NCBI RefSeq assembly: GCF_018336915.1 | Contig: NZ_CP064926.1 | Span: forward strand, 219,810 to 251,809 | DNA from: Acaryochloris marina S15 | GTDB lineage: Bacteria; Cyanobacteriota; Cyanobacteriia; Thermosynechococcales; Thermosynechococcaceae | Length of the DNA: 32,000 bases | Reading direction: 5' to 3' | Part shown: piece after piece, positions 18,942 through 30,762 of the stretch | Numbering within the stretch: the first letter of the stretch is position 1 | How the letters are laid out: each line of letters starts with the position of its first letter | Notes under the pieces: generated by a model | Database searches by the model: none | What the model was told of the DNA's origin: nothing | The model's input: the letters and a program-made list of their open reading frames with translations, nothing else | Position numbers and translations under genes: made by a program

Positions 18942-21322
18942 ATGTTGAAACCATTTCGGACCGCTGCTATTCTCGGTGCAGGTGTGATGGGCACTCAAAT
19001 TGCGGCCCACCTCGCTAATGCAGGCTTGGTGGTTTATCTCTTAGATCTGCCTGCACCTGGAGTCCATAAAAACGCGATTGTTGAAGCTGCTTTCCAGAGA
19101 GGGCTCCAGCAAAAGCCTCCGATTTTCTTTACTGAAAAAACAGCCCGCCGCATTATTCTGGGTAATTTTGACGATGACTGGCATCGCTTAACCCATGTGG
19201 ATTGGGTGATTGAGGCTGTAGTCGAGAAGCTAGAGGTTAAGCAACAGCTGATGGCTCGTTTAGAGGGTCACATTCGCGATGATGCAGTGGTGTCAACGAA
19301 TACGAGTGGGTTGTCTATTCAAGCGATCACTGCAGATTGCTCTGATGCTTTCCGGCAGCGATTTCTGGGAACACACTTCTTCAATCCCCGCGCTACCTGA
19401 AGCTGTTGGAACTGATTCCTACTGCTGAAACGGATCCACAAATTGTGGATCAACTAAAGTGGTTTGGACATCTCTATCTAGGTAAAGGGGTGGTAGTCGC
19501 GAAGGACACCCCCAACTTTATCGGCAATCGAATTGGCGTTTTTATCAGTATGCTCGGTATCCAAGCCTTTACAGAACAGGGATACACCATTGAAGAGATT
19601 GATACTCTCACGGGGACGTTGACGGGGCGTCCCAAATCTGCAACTTTCCGCACGGCAGATATTGTGGGTCTCGATACGTTACTGTATGTGGCTGAAAATC
19701 TATATCCTGCCATCCCTGACGATGAAAGTCGTGATGTTTTTCAGGTGCCAAGGATTCTGAGACGCTTAGTAGAGGCAGGACAACTAGGGGCCAAAATGGG
19801 TCGGGGCTTTTATCAAAAGTGGGTAAAAATATTCTCTCCGTCAACCCGCAGACACTAGCATACGAAAAGGCTCAGTCCATGCATCTAGGGAACTGGAAAG
19901 CCATTGCTAAAATTAAATCTCTTCCTGAACGTTTGCGAAAACTCTATCAAGATGACGGTCGAGCGGGAACATTGTTTCGGCAAACGATACTGAGAATCTT
20001 AAGTTACAGTGCCCATCGGATTCCTGAAATTGCCGATAGCCCCCTCAACATTGATCAAGCCATGCGTTGGGGATTTGGCTGGCAGCTCGGCCCTTTTGAA
20101 ATTTGGCAGGAACTTGGCTTTGCTAGAGTCCTGAAAGATATGCAAGAGTCTGGGATGACGGTGCCCAGCTGGATTGAGTCCATGCAGCTTGCAGGCATTG
20201 ACCGCTTCTATCAAAGGGCTAGCGAACATAGAGCAGCGTTTGTCTACCAACCCTACATGGCTACCATCCAACAGAAACACCACGGGATGAACTGACTGTT
20301 GCTCAGATTAAGACTGATCCGAGGCACACGCTGTGGTCAAGTGCTGAAGCCGCGCTGATTGATATGGGGATCGCGTTGCCCTATTTGAGTTTCGTTCGAA
20401 GGGGAATACCCTTGGACAGGTTGTGGTGGATGGTTTCTCAGAAGCATTGGACATCGTCGAAGTTGGGGACTATCGCGGTCTAGTCATTGGAAATGATGGG
20501 GAGCATTTTTCTGCCGGGGCTAACCTGGCAGACATGATCAAGTTCTCACACCAAGACAAGGTCAATGTCTTCACAGATTGTGAGCATGGTGCAATTGCCC
20601 ATCTCCTCGATCAGTTTCAGGCTCTGATGCTGCGAATTCACTACTTCCCCAAGCCAATTGTGGCAGCTATTCGGGGGCGAATCTTAGGGGGTGGCTGCGA
20701 ATTGGTGATGGCCTCTCCCCACGTGGTGGCAGCGGCTGAAACCTACATTGGTTTGGTGGAACTGAGTGTGGGGCTCATTCCTGGTGCAGGCGGCATTATG
20801 ACCATGGCTAACTGGGCTGCTGAGCATGCTGCCAGTGATTCCCCCAGCGATATTCAGCCGTTTTTAAAACAGGCTTTTGAGCATATAGGGATGGCGAAGG
20901 TAGCTGGCAGCGCCTATGAAGCTCAAGAGTGGGGATATTTACCGCCTACTGCCCAGATTGTCATGAATAGCAATCGTCGTCTCTTCGTAGCCAAGGAAGA
21001 AGTGCTTCGCCTAGCTGGTGAGGGCTATGTTCCGCCACCCAAACGCAATGCGATCAAGGTGTTGGGCCAACCGGCCCGTGCCATGTTTGAAGCAGCGGCC
21101 TATCTGATGGAACAGGGAGGCTATATCTCTGAATATGATCGCTTTCTTGCAAACCGATTGGCCTTTGTCATCACAGGGGGGGATCTGTCAGCACCAACGT
21201 TAGTCTCCGATGATTACCTACTGGGACTAGAACGCGACATGTTTTTACCCCTGTTTACAAAGCAAAAAACTCAGGAACGGATTATGCATACGTTGAGAAC
21301 TAAAAAGCCTCTACGAAATTAG
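18942..21322 (+). pseudogene. FadN-type bifunctional 3-hydroxyacyl-CoA dehydrogenase / enoyl-CoA hydratase (~794 aa), broken by four single-base frameshifts
   Basis: The N-terminus carries a Rossmann motif (AILGAGVMGTQIAAHLANAG), followed by the HADH C-terminal domain. The C-terminal crotonase fold is GLVIGNDGEHFSAGANL...ILGGGCELVMA. The four track ORFs 18927..19400, 19406..19858, 19819..20295 and 20423..21322 join into one protein when single bases are restored. Confidence 0.85.
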
Positions 21323-21363
21323 TAGGCTCCACCTTAACCCTCACAAAAGACGAGGTCAATGAC

Positions 21364-22545
21364 ATGAATAACGCATATATCGTCAGTAGCGTTCGCACTG
21401 CTGTTGGAAAATCCCCCCGAGGTACTTTGCGGAATAGTCGACCCGATGATTTGGGTGCCGCTGCTGTTAAGGGCGCACTCGATAATGTTCCCAAACTTGA
21501 GTTCGATCAAGTCGAGGATCTGATATTCGGTTGTTCCTTCCCTGAAGCCGAGCAGGGGTTCAACTTGGGGCGCGTGATTGCCCTGCGGGCGGGTCTTCCT
21601 CACTCCACTGCTGGTTGTACAGTGAACCGTTTTTGTTCATCGGGTTTACAAACCATTGCCATGGCAACCCAAGCAATCATGACAGGTCAGGCAGAGGTGA
21701 TCGTGGCTGGGGGGGCCGAATCTATGAGTCTGATTCCGATGGGGGGACATTACCTAACGCCTAATCCAGTCTTACTGTCTGAAGTTCCTGAAGCTTATCT
21801 TTCGATGGGACTAACAGCAGAAAATGTGGCAGAAGAATTCCAAATTTCTAGGCATGATCAGGATGTTTTTGCGTTGCAATCGCATCTCAAAGCCCTGGCT
21901 GCCCTTGAGAAGGGACGGTTTAAAGACGAGGTTATTCCCTTTATGGTCAAGGAAACCACTTTAGTAGAGGGACAATCTCAAACCACTCAAACCAGGTTCG
22001 ACGTAGATGAAGGCCCTCGTGCTGACACCAGCCTTGAAGCCTTAGCTCAGCTCAAACCTGTCTTTAAGGTCGAGGGTACCGTTACGGCAGGCACGTCTTC
22101 CCAAATGTCGGATGGGGCAGCAGCAACGGTTGTGATGAGTGAGCGTAAGCTCAGAGAGCTTGCCCTTGCACCACTAGGCCGAATGCTGGGCTACTCCGTG
22201 GTGGGGGTACCACCGGAACTGATGGGTATGGGTCCAGTGGAAGCAGTGCCCAAGGTGCTGAAGCAGGTGGGATTATCTCTCAGCGATATCGGTTTGATTG
22301 AGTTGAATGAAGCCTTTGCGGCCCAGGCTTTAGCAGTTATGCGAAAGCTGGGTTTGGATGAAGGCATTGTCAATGTGAATGGTGGTGCGATCGCCCTTGG
22401 TCACCCATTGGGCTGCACAGGAGCAAAATTGACTGCCACCCTACTGCACGAGATGAAGCGTCGGGGCATTCGCTATGGACTGGTGACCATGTGTGTCGGG
22501 GGTGGCATGGGTGCTGCAGGTGTCTTTGAAAACTTGATGCTTTAA
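21364..22545 (+). CDS. fadA: Acetyl-CoA C-acyltransferase (3-ketoacyl-CoA thiolase)
   Basis: 393 aa with thiolase signatures NRFCSSGLQ (acyl-Cys), [22 protein letters not shown] and CVGGGMGAA. Confidence 0.95.
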   Translation: MNNAYIVSSVRTAVGKSPRGTLRNSRPDDLGAAAVKGALDNVPKLEFDQVEDLIFGCSFPEAEQGFNLGRVIALRAGLPHSTAGCTVNRFCSSGLQTIAMATQAIMTGQAEVIVAGGAESMSLIPMGGHYLTPNPVLLSEVPEAYLSMGLTAENVAEEFQISRHDQDVFALQSHLKALAALEKGRFKDEVIPFMVKETTLVEGQSQTTQTRFDVDEGPRADTSLEALAQLKPVFKVEGTVTAGTSSQMSDGAAATVVMSERKLRELALAPLGRMLGYSVVGVPPELMGMGPVEAVPKVLKQVGLSLSDIGLIELNEAFAAQALAVMRKLGLDEGIVNVNGGAIALGHPLGCTGAKLTATLLHEMKRRGIRYGLVTMCVGGGMGAAGVFENLML

Positions 22546-22585
22546 CGTCTCTCCCTTTTTTGTACCTCACATAGGAGAACAGCCC

Positions 22586-25015
22586 ATGACACTCCTCATC
22601 TCCCCCATAACAACTCTGGTTCTGCTGTTTGTCTTCATTCTCCTGGGATACCTTGGTGTTCCCCTATGGATTTGGACTCTTTACGTTGCAGTAGGCATTG
22701 GCACACTCCAACCGTCTATTTGGATTTGGAGCCCCCTGATCGGTCTGGCAGTGGTGATCAACTGGCCCCTTTTACGCCGCTTGTTGCTCACTTCTGCTGT
22801 CGTCAAACTCCTTCAATCACTGCAGCTGTTTCCAAAAATTTCTTCAACAGAGCAGGCTGCGATCGAAGCGGGAAATGTCTGGGTCGATGGTGAATTTTTC
22901 ACTGGAAAACCCAATTTTGAACGCATCCTCAGCGAACCCTATCCCCAACTTAACCCGGAGATTCAAGCTTTTTTGGATGGCCCCGTTGAACAAGTCTGCC
23001 GGATGGCCAGTGACTGGGAAATCTATCAACGCCAGGATCTCCCGCCCGATGTCTGGACTTATCTCAAACAAGAGCGGTTCTTTGGCATGATGATTCCCGA
23101 AGAATACGGAGGGCTAGGCTTCTCAAATCTGGCCTATAGCGCCGTAATGGCCAAACTGGCCTCCCGCTCCTTTACCCATGTGGCAACGGTTGGCGTCACT
23201 AACTCCTTGGGGCCTGCTAAGCTTCTACTTCGCTATGGCACCAAGGAACAGAAAAATCAATATTTACCTCGCTTAGCGAGTGGTGAAGATATCCCCTGCT
23301 TTGCCCTCACGGAACCCAAAGCCGGATCAGATGCGGCCAGCATTACGTCTAGTGGTGTGGTGTTTAAGGGAGATGATGGTCAGCTCTACCTCAAACTCAA
23401 TTGGAACAAACGCTATATTACCCTGGGTGCCATCGCAACCCTCCTGGGCCTGGCCTTCCAACTTCACGACCCTGACAATCTTCTGGGTAAAGGGGAACAC
23501 CCTGGCATTACCTGTGCTCTGATACCGACCGAAACACCCGGCGTCATTCATAACCGTCGCCACGATCCCATGGGCGTTCCCTTCTATAACTCACCGTTAG
23601 AAGGCCACGACGTCATGGTTCCGATTGGACAGATCATGGGTGGCATTGAACAAGCAGGTCAGGGTTGGAAAATGATCATGCAAACTCTGGCAGCGGGGCG
23701 TGGGATTAGCTTCCCGGCCACCTGTACGGGGGTGACTAAACTGGTGGCTCGCGTAGCGGGTGCCCATGCTGTAGTCCGCAAACAGTTTGGTTTATCCATT
23801 AGCCGTTTTGAAGGGGTTGAAGAACCCCTAGCCCGGATTGGGGGATTCACTTATATGATTGATGCGGTCCGCCTCTATACCTGTGGCGCAGTCGATCAAG
23901 GCGAACAGCCTGCGGTGATATCCGCAATTGCAAAATCCCAAACCACCGAACTGGCCCGTCGCGTCGTCCTAGATGGTATGGATATTCTGGGGGGAGCCGG
24001 GATTTGTCGCGGGCCTCGGAACCTACTAGCCAATATCTACACGGCCATACCGATTGCCATTACCGTGGAAGGGGCCAATATTCTGACGCGATCATTAATG
24101 ATATTTGGCCAGGGTACGATTCGCAGTCATCCTTATATTTACGATGAGATTTTAGCCATAGAGCAGTCGGATGTAGCTGCCTTTGATCAGGCTTTCTGGT
24201 CTCATCTTGGCCTTATCGTCCGTAACGGTGTACGGGCTGGCCTGTTATGCCTGACGCGGGGGCGGCTCACTCGTTCTCCCGTACAAGGCGAAACGGCTAT
24301 TTACTACCACAAGTTAGCCTGGGCCGCAGCGACCTTTGCTAACCTCAGTGATTTAGCCATGCTGTCATTGGGGGGGGCTTTAAAGCGTCGAGAAAATCTA
24401 ACTGGGCGCTTTGCAGACATGCTTGCCTGGATGTATCTGGGGTCAGCAACACTCCGACGCTTTGAAGCTGAAGGACAACAGGTGAAAGATTTACCCTTAG
24501 TGCATTGGTCGATGCAGTATGCCTTTGCTCAAATTCAACAGGCAGTTGAAGGAGTCGTCTCTAATCTTCCGATCCTAAGTGCTGGCCTGCGCCAACCTAT
24601 TTTAGGGATGTGGCGACTGAGTCCTCTTGGAACCGTGCCATCTGATGAATTGGGGCACCAGGCTACTCAGATTTTACTGATACCTGGACCAGAAAGGGAT
24701 CGACTCACTCGTAATATTTATCTTCCCAATCACACTGAGGAAGCGGTAGGGCACCTCGAAGAAGCTTTACGCTTATCGGTGCAGACAGCCCCTATCCTTA
24801 AAACCATCAAGAACGCCATAGCAGGAGGGCGGCTTCCTCCATCCAAACCATCGAAGCTGGTTGATGAAGCCCTTGAAAAAGGAATAATTAATCTTCAAGA
24901 AGCCACCTCTCTCCAACAAGCAGAAATCTCACGTAGCCATACGATTCAAGTGGACTCATTCACCTTAGAGGAGTATCAGCAGAAAAAACGGATATCGCAG
25001 ATTCGCTACGTATGA
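22586..25015 (+). CDS. fadE: Long FadE-type acyl-CoA dehydrogenase (809 aa, N-terminal membrane segment plus ACAD core plus C-terminal extension)
   Basis: The hydrophobic N-terminus is ITTLVLLFVFILLGYLGVPLWIWTLYVAV. It is followed by ISSTEQAAIEAGNVWVDGEFFTGKPNF and by the ACAD core (FALTEPKAGSDAAS, ITVEGANILTRS). Length and layout match enterobacterial FadE. An AGGAG SD lies 8 nt upstream. Confidence 0.9.
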   Translation: MTLLISPITTLVLLFVFILLGYLGVPLWIWTLYVAVGIGTLQPSIWIWSPLIGLAVVINWPLLRRLLLTSAVVKLLQSLQLFPKISSTEQAAIEAGNVWVDGEFFTGKPNFERILSEPYPQLNPEIQAFLDGPVEQVCRMASDWEIYQRQDLPPDVWTYLKQERFFGMMIPEEYGGLGFSNLAYSAVMAKLASRSFTHVATVGVTNSLGPAKLLLRYGTKEQKNQYLPRLASGEDIPCFALTEPKAGSDAASITSSGVVFKGDDGQLYLKLNWNKRYITLGAIATLLGLAFQLHDPDNLLGKGEHPGITCALIPTETPGVIHNRRHDPMGVPFYNSPLEGHDVMVPIGQIMGGIEQAGQGWKMIMQTLAAGRGISFPATCTGVTKLVARVAGAHAVVRKQFGLSISRFEGVEEPLARIGGFTYMIDAVRLYTCGAVDQGEQPAVISAIAKSQTTELARRVVLDGMDILGGAGICRGPRNLLANIYTAIPIAITVEGANILTRSLMIFGQGTIRSHPYIYDEILAIEQSDVAAFDQAFWSHLGLIVRNGVRAGLLCLTRGRLTRSPVQGETAIYYHKLAWAAATFANLSDLAMLSLGGALKRRENLTGRFADMLAWMYLGSATLRRFEAEGQQVKDLPLVHWSMQYAFAQIQQAVEGVVSNLPILSAGLRQPILGMWRLSPLGTVPSDELGHQATQILLIPGPERDRLTRNIYLPNHTEEAVGHLEEALRLSVQTAPILKTIKNAIAGGRLPPSKPSKLVDEALEKGIINLQEATSLQQAEISRSHTIQVDSFTLEEYQQKKRISQIRYV

Positions 25016-25162
25016 GTTCCGATGTAAGGTCAGCCTAGAGGCGAATGACCCAGGACATCACTTTAACGACTATTGGCGTTATTGATGTTCCACTACGCGT
25101 AATTCAGCTTAAATTAGTGTCCAAGAAGTCTTGAAAAATCTGAAGTCAGTGTAAATCATTCG

Positions 25163-25354
25163 CTAAGATGCTGCTTCCCAGTCCTTTAATTTTTCATGGT
25201 TAGGTGCTGGAGAACGAGATCGCAATAGCTGTTTAGGAACACCAATATTGCCCCCCCTTGGTAAGTATATTTCTTTGCGTCGTCGATGCTTCGATTTCTT
25301 GGATTTAGCGCTTGCCCGTTTTGAATTGGAGGGCTTTTCTGTCGGCATCATCAT
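25163..25354 (-). CDS. Small highly basic hypothetical protein (63 aa)
   Basis: MMMPTEKPSNSKRASAKSKKSKHRRRKEIYLPRGGNIGVPKQLL.... The ATG at 25354 is preceded by a perfect AGGAGG (revcomp of 25360..25365) at 5-nt spacing. I recognise no homology. Confidence 0.4.
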   Translation of the reverse strand: MMMPTEKPSNSKRASAKSKKSKHRRRKEIYLPRGGNIGVPKQLLRSRSPAPNHEKLKDWEAAS

Positions 25355-25536
25355 CAATACCTCCTGTCGTTGAGGGTATTGGTCACCCCCTGATTTAGGC
25401 AGAACCAACATCCTTCAACTTGTAATATAAGTTCTCAACGATAATCAAAATCATACTTCTGAACAGCTGAGATTCCCTCTAACTTCAGAATACGAAGCAA
25501 TGCTGAAGATCTTATGAGTTAAGTGATGCAGCAAAG

Positions 25537-26652
25537 CTAACTGACTTCACCCCTAAATTGACGATATCGATAGTAGGCTGCACAAGCACCTTCGGAAGAC
25601 ACCATAGGGGCACCAAGCGGGTGCTCTGGGGTGCATTGGTGACCAAAAGCAGGGCAATCGGGTGGCTTTAGAAACCCTTGCAGAATCTGGTCGCTGATGC
25701 AATTGATCTCAGATTTAGTATCAACGCAAACTGAAACACTGGAATTTTGGGGTAAAAGGGCCTGGGCATCCCGATAGGCATACTGGGGGCGCAACTTCAA
25801 ACCACTATTGGGAATGGTGGTTAGCCCCCGCCACTGACGATCACTCGGTTCAAAAACCTCTGCCATCAGTTGCTGAGCCTCCGAATTTCCCTTGGATTGA
25901 ACCACCCGAGGATATTGATTCTCCACCACTGCTTTTCCAACCTCCAGTTGTTGGAGGCAGTGGTAAATACCTTGCAGAATGTCCACGGGTTCAAATCCCG
26001 TCACCACAATTGGAGTGTGATACTGGGTTGCGATCTCCTCATAGGTTGCATACCCCATCACCATACACACATGCCCAGCTGCTAGAAATCCCTGTACAGA
26101 ACAGTCTGGTGCAGACAAAATGGCTTTCATCGCTGGTGGGACCAAGACATGGGCCACGAGTACTGAAAAATTAGATATCCCTTGTCGATGGGCTTGATAT
26201 ACCGCCATCGCTGTCGCTGGTACCGTTGTCTCAAACCCCACCGCAAAGAACACAATCTGCTGGTCTGGATTGGCTTGAGCTAACTTCAGGGCATCTAGGG
26301 AGGAATACACCATCCGTACCACTCCGCCTTGTGCCTTTGCTGATAACAGATCACCCTTTGTTCCGGGTACTCGCAACATATCCCCAAAGGAACAGAGCAT
26401 CACTCCAGGGGTTTTGGCCAGTGTAATTGCATCATTAATTAACGCTACTGGTGTCACGCAGACGGGACACCCCGGTCCATGAACCAAGGTGATCGCCCTG
26501 GGTAACAGTTGATCAATCCCATGCTTCACAATCGTATGAGTTTGCCCACCACAAATTTCCATAATGGTCCAAGGCCGAGTTACCAGATGATCAATCTCGC
26601 GCACCCAAGACTTGACCAATCCAGGATCTCGATACTCATCTACAAACTTCAT
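25537..26652 (-). CDS. hypD: [NiFe]-hydrogenase maturation protein HypD
   Basis: [13 protein letters not shown]..., [28 protein letters not shown] and the C-terminal [24 protein letters not shown]. All are characteristic HypD motifs. Confidence 0.95.
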   Translation of the reverse strand: MKFVDEYRDPGLVKSWVREIDHLVTRPWTIMEICGGQTHTIVKHGIDQLLPRAITLVHGPGCPVCVTPVALINDAITLAKTPGVMLCSFGDMLRVPGTKGDLLSAKAQGGVVRMVYSSLDALKLAQANPDQQIVFFAVGFETTVPATAMAVYQAHRQGISNFSVLVAHVLVPPAMKAILSAPDCSVQGFLAAGHVCMVMGYATYEEIATQYHTPIVVTGFEPVDILQGIYHCLQQLEVGKAVVENQYPRVVQSKGNSEAQQLMAEVFEPSDRQWRGLTTIPNSGLKLRPQYAYRDAQALLPQNSSVSVCVDTKSEINCISDQILQGFLKPPDCPAFGHQCTPEHPLGAPMVSSEGACAAYYRYRQFRGEVS

Positions 26653-26741
26653 ATTCCAATCTTCCTTACAGCCCTACCTCCAACGCTCCCGATCTCAGAT
26701 CAATCCCCATCTCAGTCTTAAAAAGGTCTCGATATATCTCG

Positions 26742-27899
26742 CTATTTTGCTCCAATATAAATCCCTAATTCTTTAGCCGTCTGGACCAATCGCCCTTGTG
26801 GATTAACTGGATCTGGACACTTTTTCTCTCGATGACATTCCTTAATTCTGGGGATAACGTTCCTTAAGGGCTTACTTGCAACTTCGCCATTTTCCCAAAC
26901 CACAAGACGGTTGAAATATTGCTGAGAAATCAGGTCAACGGCTTCCCGGCCAAAGCGAGCTGCTAAGAGACGATCAAAGGCTGTGGGCACCCCACTCCGC
27001 TGGATATGCCCCAAAACGATTGCACGACAATCTACCTCTTGCAGATTACAAAACTGAGGATGACCAGACGAACATAATGTTTTACTTTGCACCTGAATCT
27101 GTTGAGCTAAATACTCGCAAATGCTTGCAACTTTTTGCCCATTGGGTCTGCGCACCCCTTCAGCAATCACAACTAGAGCGAAACGCCGACCGCCTTGTTG
27201 GAGCAAAGCAATTTGACGACACACTTGGTCAATCACGGATGGGCTCAAGCATGGGGTTAACTCCGGTATTAAAATTACATCTGCGCCCCCTGCGATACCT
27301 GAATGTAACGCCAAATATCCGGCATCACGCCCCATCACCTGAACGACCATAATTCGATCATGGCTCGCTGCTGTGAAGGTGAGATCGTAGAGTGATCTCG
27401 TAACGGTATTAACAGCCGTATCAAACCCCAATGAAATTTCTGTAAAGGGCACATCATTATCGATGGTTTTTGGAATGGCCACCCACCGCCACTGCCCTTT
27501 TTGGGCAAGGTCGTCAATAATATCCAAACTCCCATCTCCACCAATGGCAATCAGAGAGTCCAAATTCAAACGCTGAAAACCCTGCAAAATTTCCTGTGCG
27601 ATCGCAGGATCACTCGGATTGCCTTTGTTTAATGCTCCCAAGATACTGCCACTGAGGAATTGTAAAATATCTAATCCCCCTAACAATCCTGGAACATCAT
27701 ATCCATGCTCTGTTAATCTCAGGTCTTCAGGAGTACAGTGTCCTAATTCAAGATTAATAAGGCCTTGGGTGCCATAGGGAATGCCAAACACCTCCCAACC
27801 TTTGTGAGTCGCACATTTAATAACTGTCCGAATAATGGCGTTAAGCCCAGGGCAGTCACCACCGCTGGTGAGGATACCGATCCGTTTAGCTGGGTCCAT
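26742..27899 (-). CDS. pfkA: 6-phosphofructokinase (PfkA family)
   Basis: [33 protein letters not shown] and [12 protein letters not shown]. Confidence 0.93.
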   Translation of the reverse strand: MDPAKRIGILTSGGDCPGLNAIIRTVIKCATHKGWEVFGIPYGTQGLINLELGHCTPEDLRLTEHGYDVPGLLGGLDILQFLSGSILGALNKGNPSDPAIAQEILQGFQRLNLDSLIAIGGDGSLDIIDDLAQKGQWRWVAIPKTIDNDVPFTEISLGFDTAVNTVTRSLYDLTFTAASHDRIMVVQVMGRDAGYLALHSGIAGGADVILIPELTPCLSPSVIDQVCRQIALLQQGGRRFALVVIAEGVRRPNGQKVASICEYLAQQIQVQSKTLCSSGHPQFCNLQEVDCRAIVLGHIQRSGVPTAFDRLLAARFGREAVDLISQQYFNRLVVWENGEVASKPLRNVIPRIKECHREKKCPDPVNPQGRLVQTAKELGIYIGAK

Positions 27900-28025
27900 A
27901 GAACTGGATATAACAAGGGGTTCACAAAAAGAACAGACTGATCAGAAAGAGATAAATTCTGAAGGGTCCGGTAACCGTCTCAATCAAAATTTAGATCGTT
28001 TAGCTTGAGTGTCTCTTTGAGAGAT

Positions 28026-29045
28026 TTAAACATTCATCGGCATCAATCCTAGGGGATGATACGTTTGCAAAGCTTCAATATATTGAACACGTTCAAATGC
28101 GCTGGGGTCTGGACAATTAACCTGGCTCATACTCCCTTGAAGTTGCTGAATCGACTCATACTCATGCCCCTCTAGCCACTGACATAGGGCCTGGTCAAGC
28201 GTGCGGAGATGATCGATGCCGTGCTGGATTAAGACGCTCACCAGCATCGTGGCGTTGGCTCCAACCATCATCATTTTCAAGACATCCGCTGCAGTATGAA
28301 TACCGCTCGTAGCGGCAAAGTCTACTGGCAGGGTTCCATAAAGAATAGCGATCCAACGCAGAGGTAATCTTATATCCTGCGGTGTACTTAGTAGTAGGTT
28401 GGGCCTGACTTCTAGGGTCTCTATATCGATATCTGGCTGATAAAAGCGATTAAAGAGGACAAGGCCATTTACCCCTGCATCCGTTAACCGTTTCGCCATA
28501 TGCGCTAGATTGCTAAAGAAGGGACTAAGCTTAATCGCTACTGGAATATTGACTGTGGAATTAACGGTATGAACGATATCAATGTAGCTTTGCTCGATTT
28601 CTGCTCCTGTAATAGCCATCTCAGTGGGGACAGCGTAAATATTCAATTCCAGGGCATCAGCACCAGCTTCCTCTATTTTTTTAGCGTAGCTTGTCCATCC
28701 CCCAATCGTTGCCCCATTCAGACTAGCGATGATTGGAATATCCACGGTGGCTTTGGCTTGATGGATGTGGTCAAGATACTGCTCTGGCCCTACACGAAAG
28801 ACATCAGGTTCTGGACAATAGGAGAGAGCTTCTGCAAAACTTTCGGTCCCCTGGGTGAAATGATGATGAAACCCAAGCCGATCTTGACGTAATTGTTCCT
28901 CAAACAAGGAGTGCAACACGATAGCGGCAGCGCCTGCATCTTCCATATGACGCAGATGATCAATCTTTTCTGATAATGGTGCACAAGCCCCAACCACTAG
29001 AGGAGAACGGAGTCTCATTCCCAAATACGTCGTACTTAAATCCAT
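28026..29045 (-). CDS. Dihydroorotate-dehydrogenase-like TIM-barrel flavoprotein (probably not a true PyrD)
   Basis: Class-1 DHOD-like fold (MDLSTTYLGMRLRSPLVVGA..., LVLFNR, ATSGI). The position of the ELN(L)SCPN catalytic motif reads ELNIYAVP. An AGGAGG SD lies 7 nt upstream of the ATG. Confidence 0.8.
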   Translation of the reverse strand: MDLSTTYLGMRLRSPLVVGACAPLSEKIDHLRHMEDAGAAAIVLHSLFEEQLRQDRLGFHHHFTQGTESFAEALSYCPEPDVFRVGPEQYLDHIHQAKATVDIPIIASLNGATIGGWTSYAKKIEEAGADALELNIYAVPTEMAITGAEIEQSYIDIVHTVNSTVNIPVAIKLSPFFSNLAHMAKRLTDAGVNGLVLFNRFYQPDIDIETLEVRPNLLLSTPQDIRLPLRWIAILYGTLPVDFAATSGIHTAADVLKMMMVGANATMLVSVLIQHGIDHLRTLDQALCQWLEGHEYESIQQLQGSMSQVNCPDPSAFERVQYIEALQTYHPLGLMPMNV

Positions 29046-29297
29046 CTATTAGCCTCCTGTTAGGTGAAACGACCTAATAGTCACCAGCGATATCGTTACA
29101 GAATGAACTAGTCCATAATCTAAACAGTGAGTTTGAGGATTCTGTGAAGAAATCCCATCACCCACTGGGTTAGAGGACAATCCTTAAAGCTAGGCATGTT
29201 GTGATTGATGAGACTGCAGGTGACCTGAATTGGCAATCAGTTTTCATATAGTTCAACTGTATTGGGATATAACCCATATCTTGATTCAATCTGTCTA

Positions 29298-30762
<1,465 letters not shown>

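Noticed and set aside
18927-21322. Four separate small dehydrogenase and hydratase genes (157, 150, 158 and 299 aa), and three separate ligase fragments at 16865..18904.
   Set aside because: Consecutive fragments continue the same protein families across single-base frame changes, and the total lengths match single FadN-type (~794 aa) and ACSL-type enzymes.
25457-25490. A hairpin (ttctgaa ... ttcagaa, 7-bp stem, 20-nt loop) downstream of hypD as a rho-independent terminator.
   Set aside because: The stem is short and AT-rich, the loop is large, and the trailing T-tract is weak. It is not distinguishable from chance.
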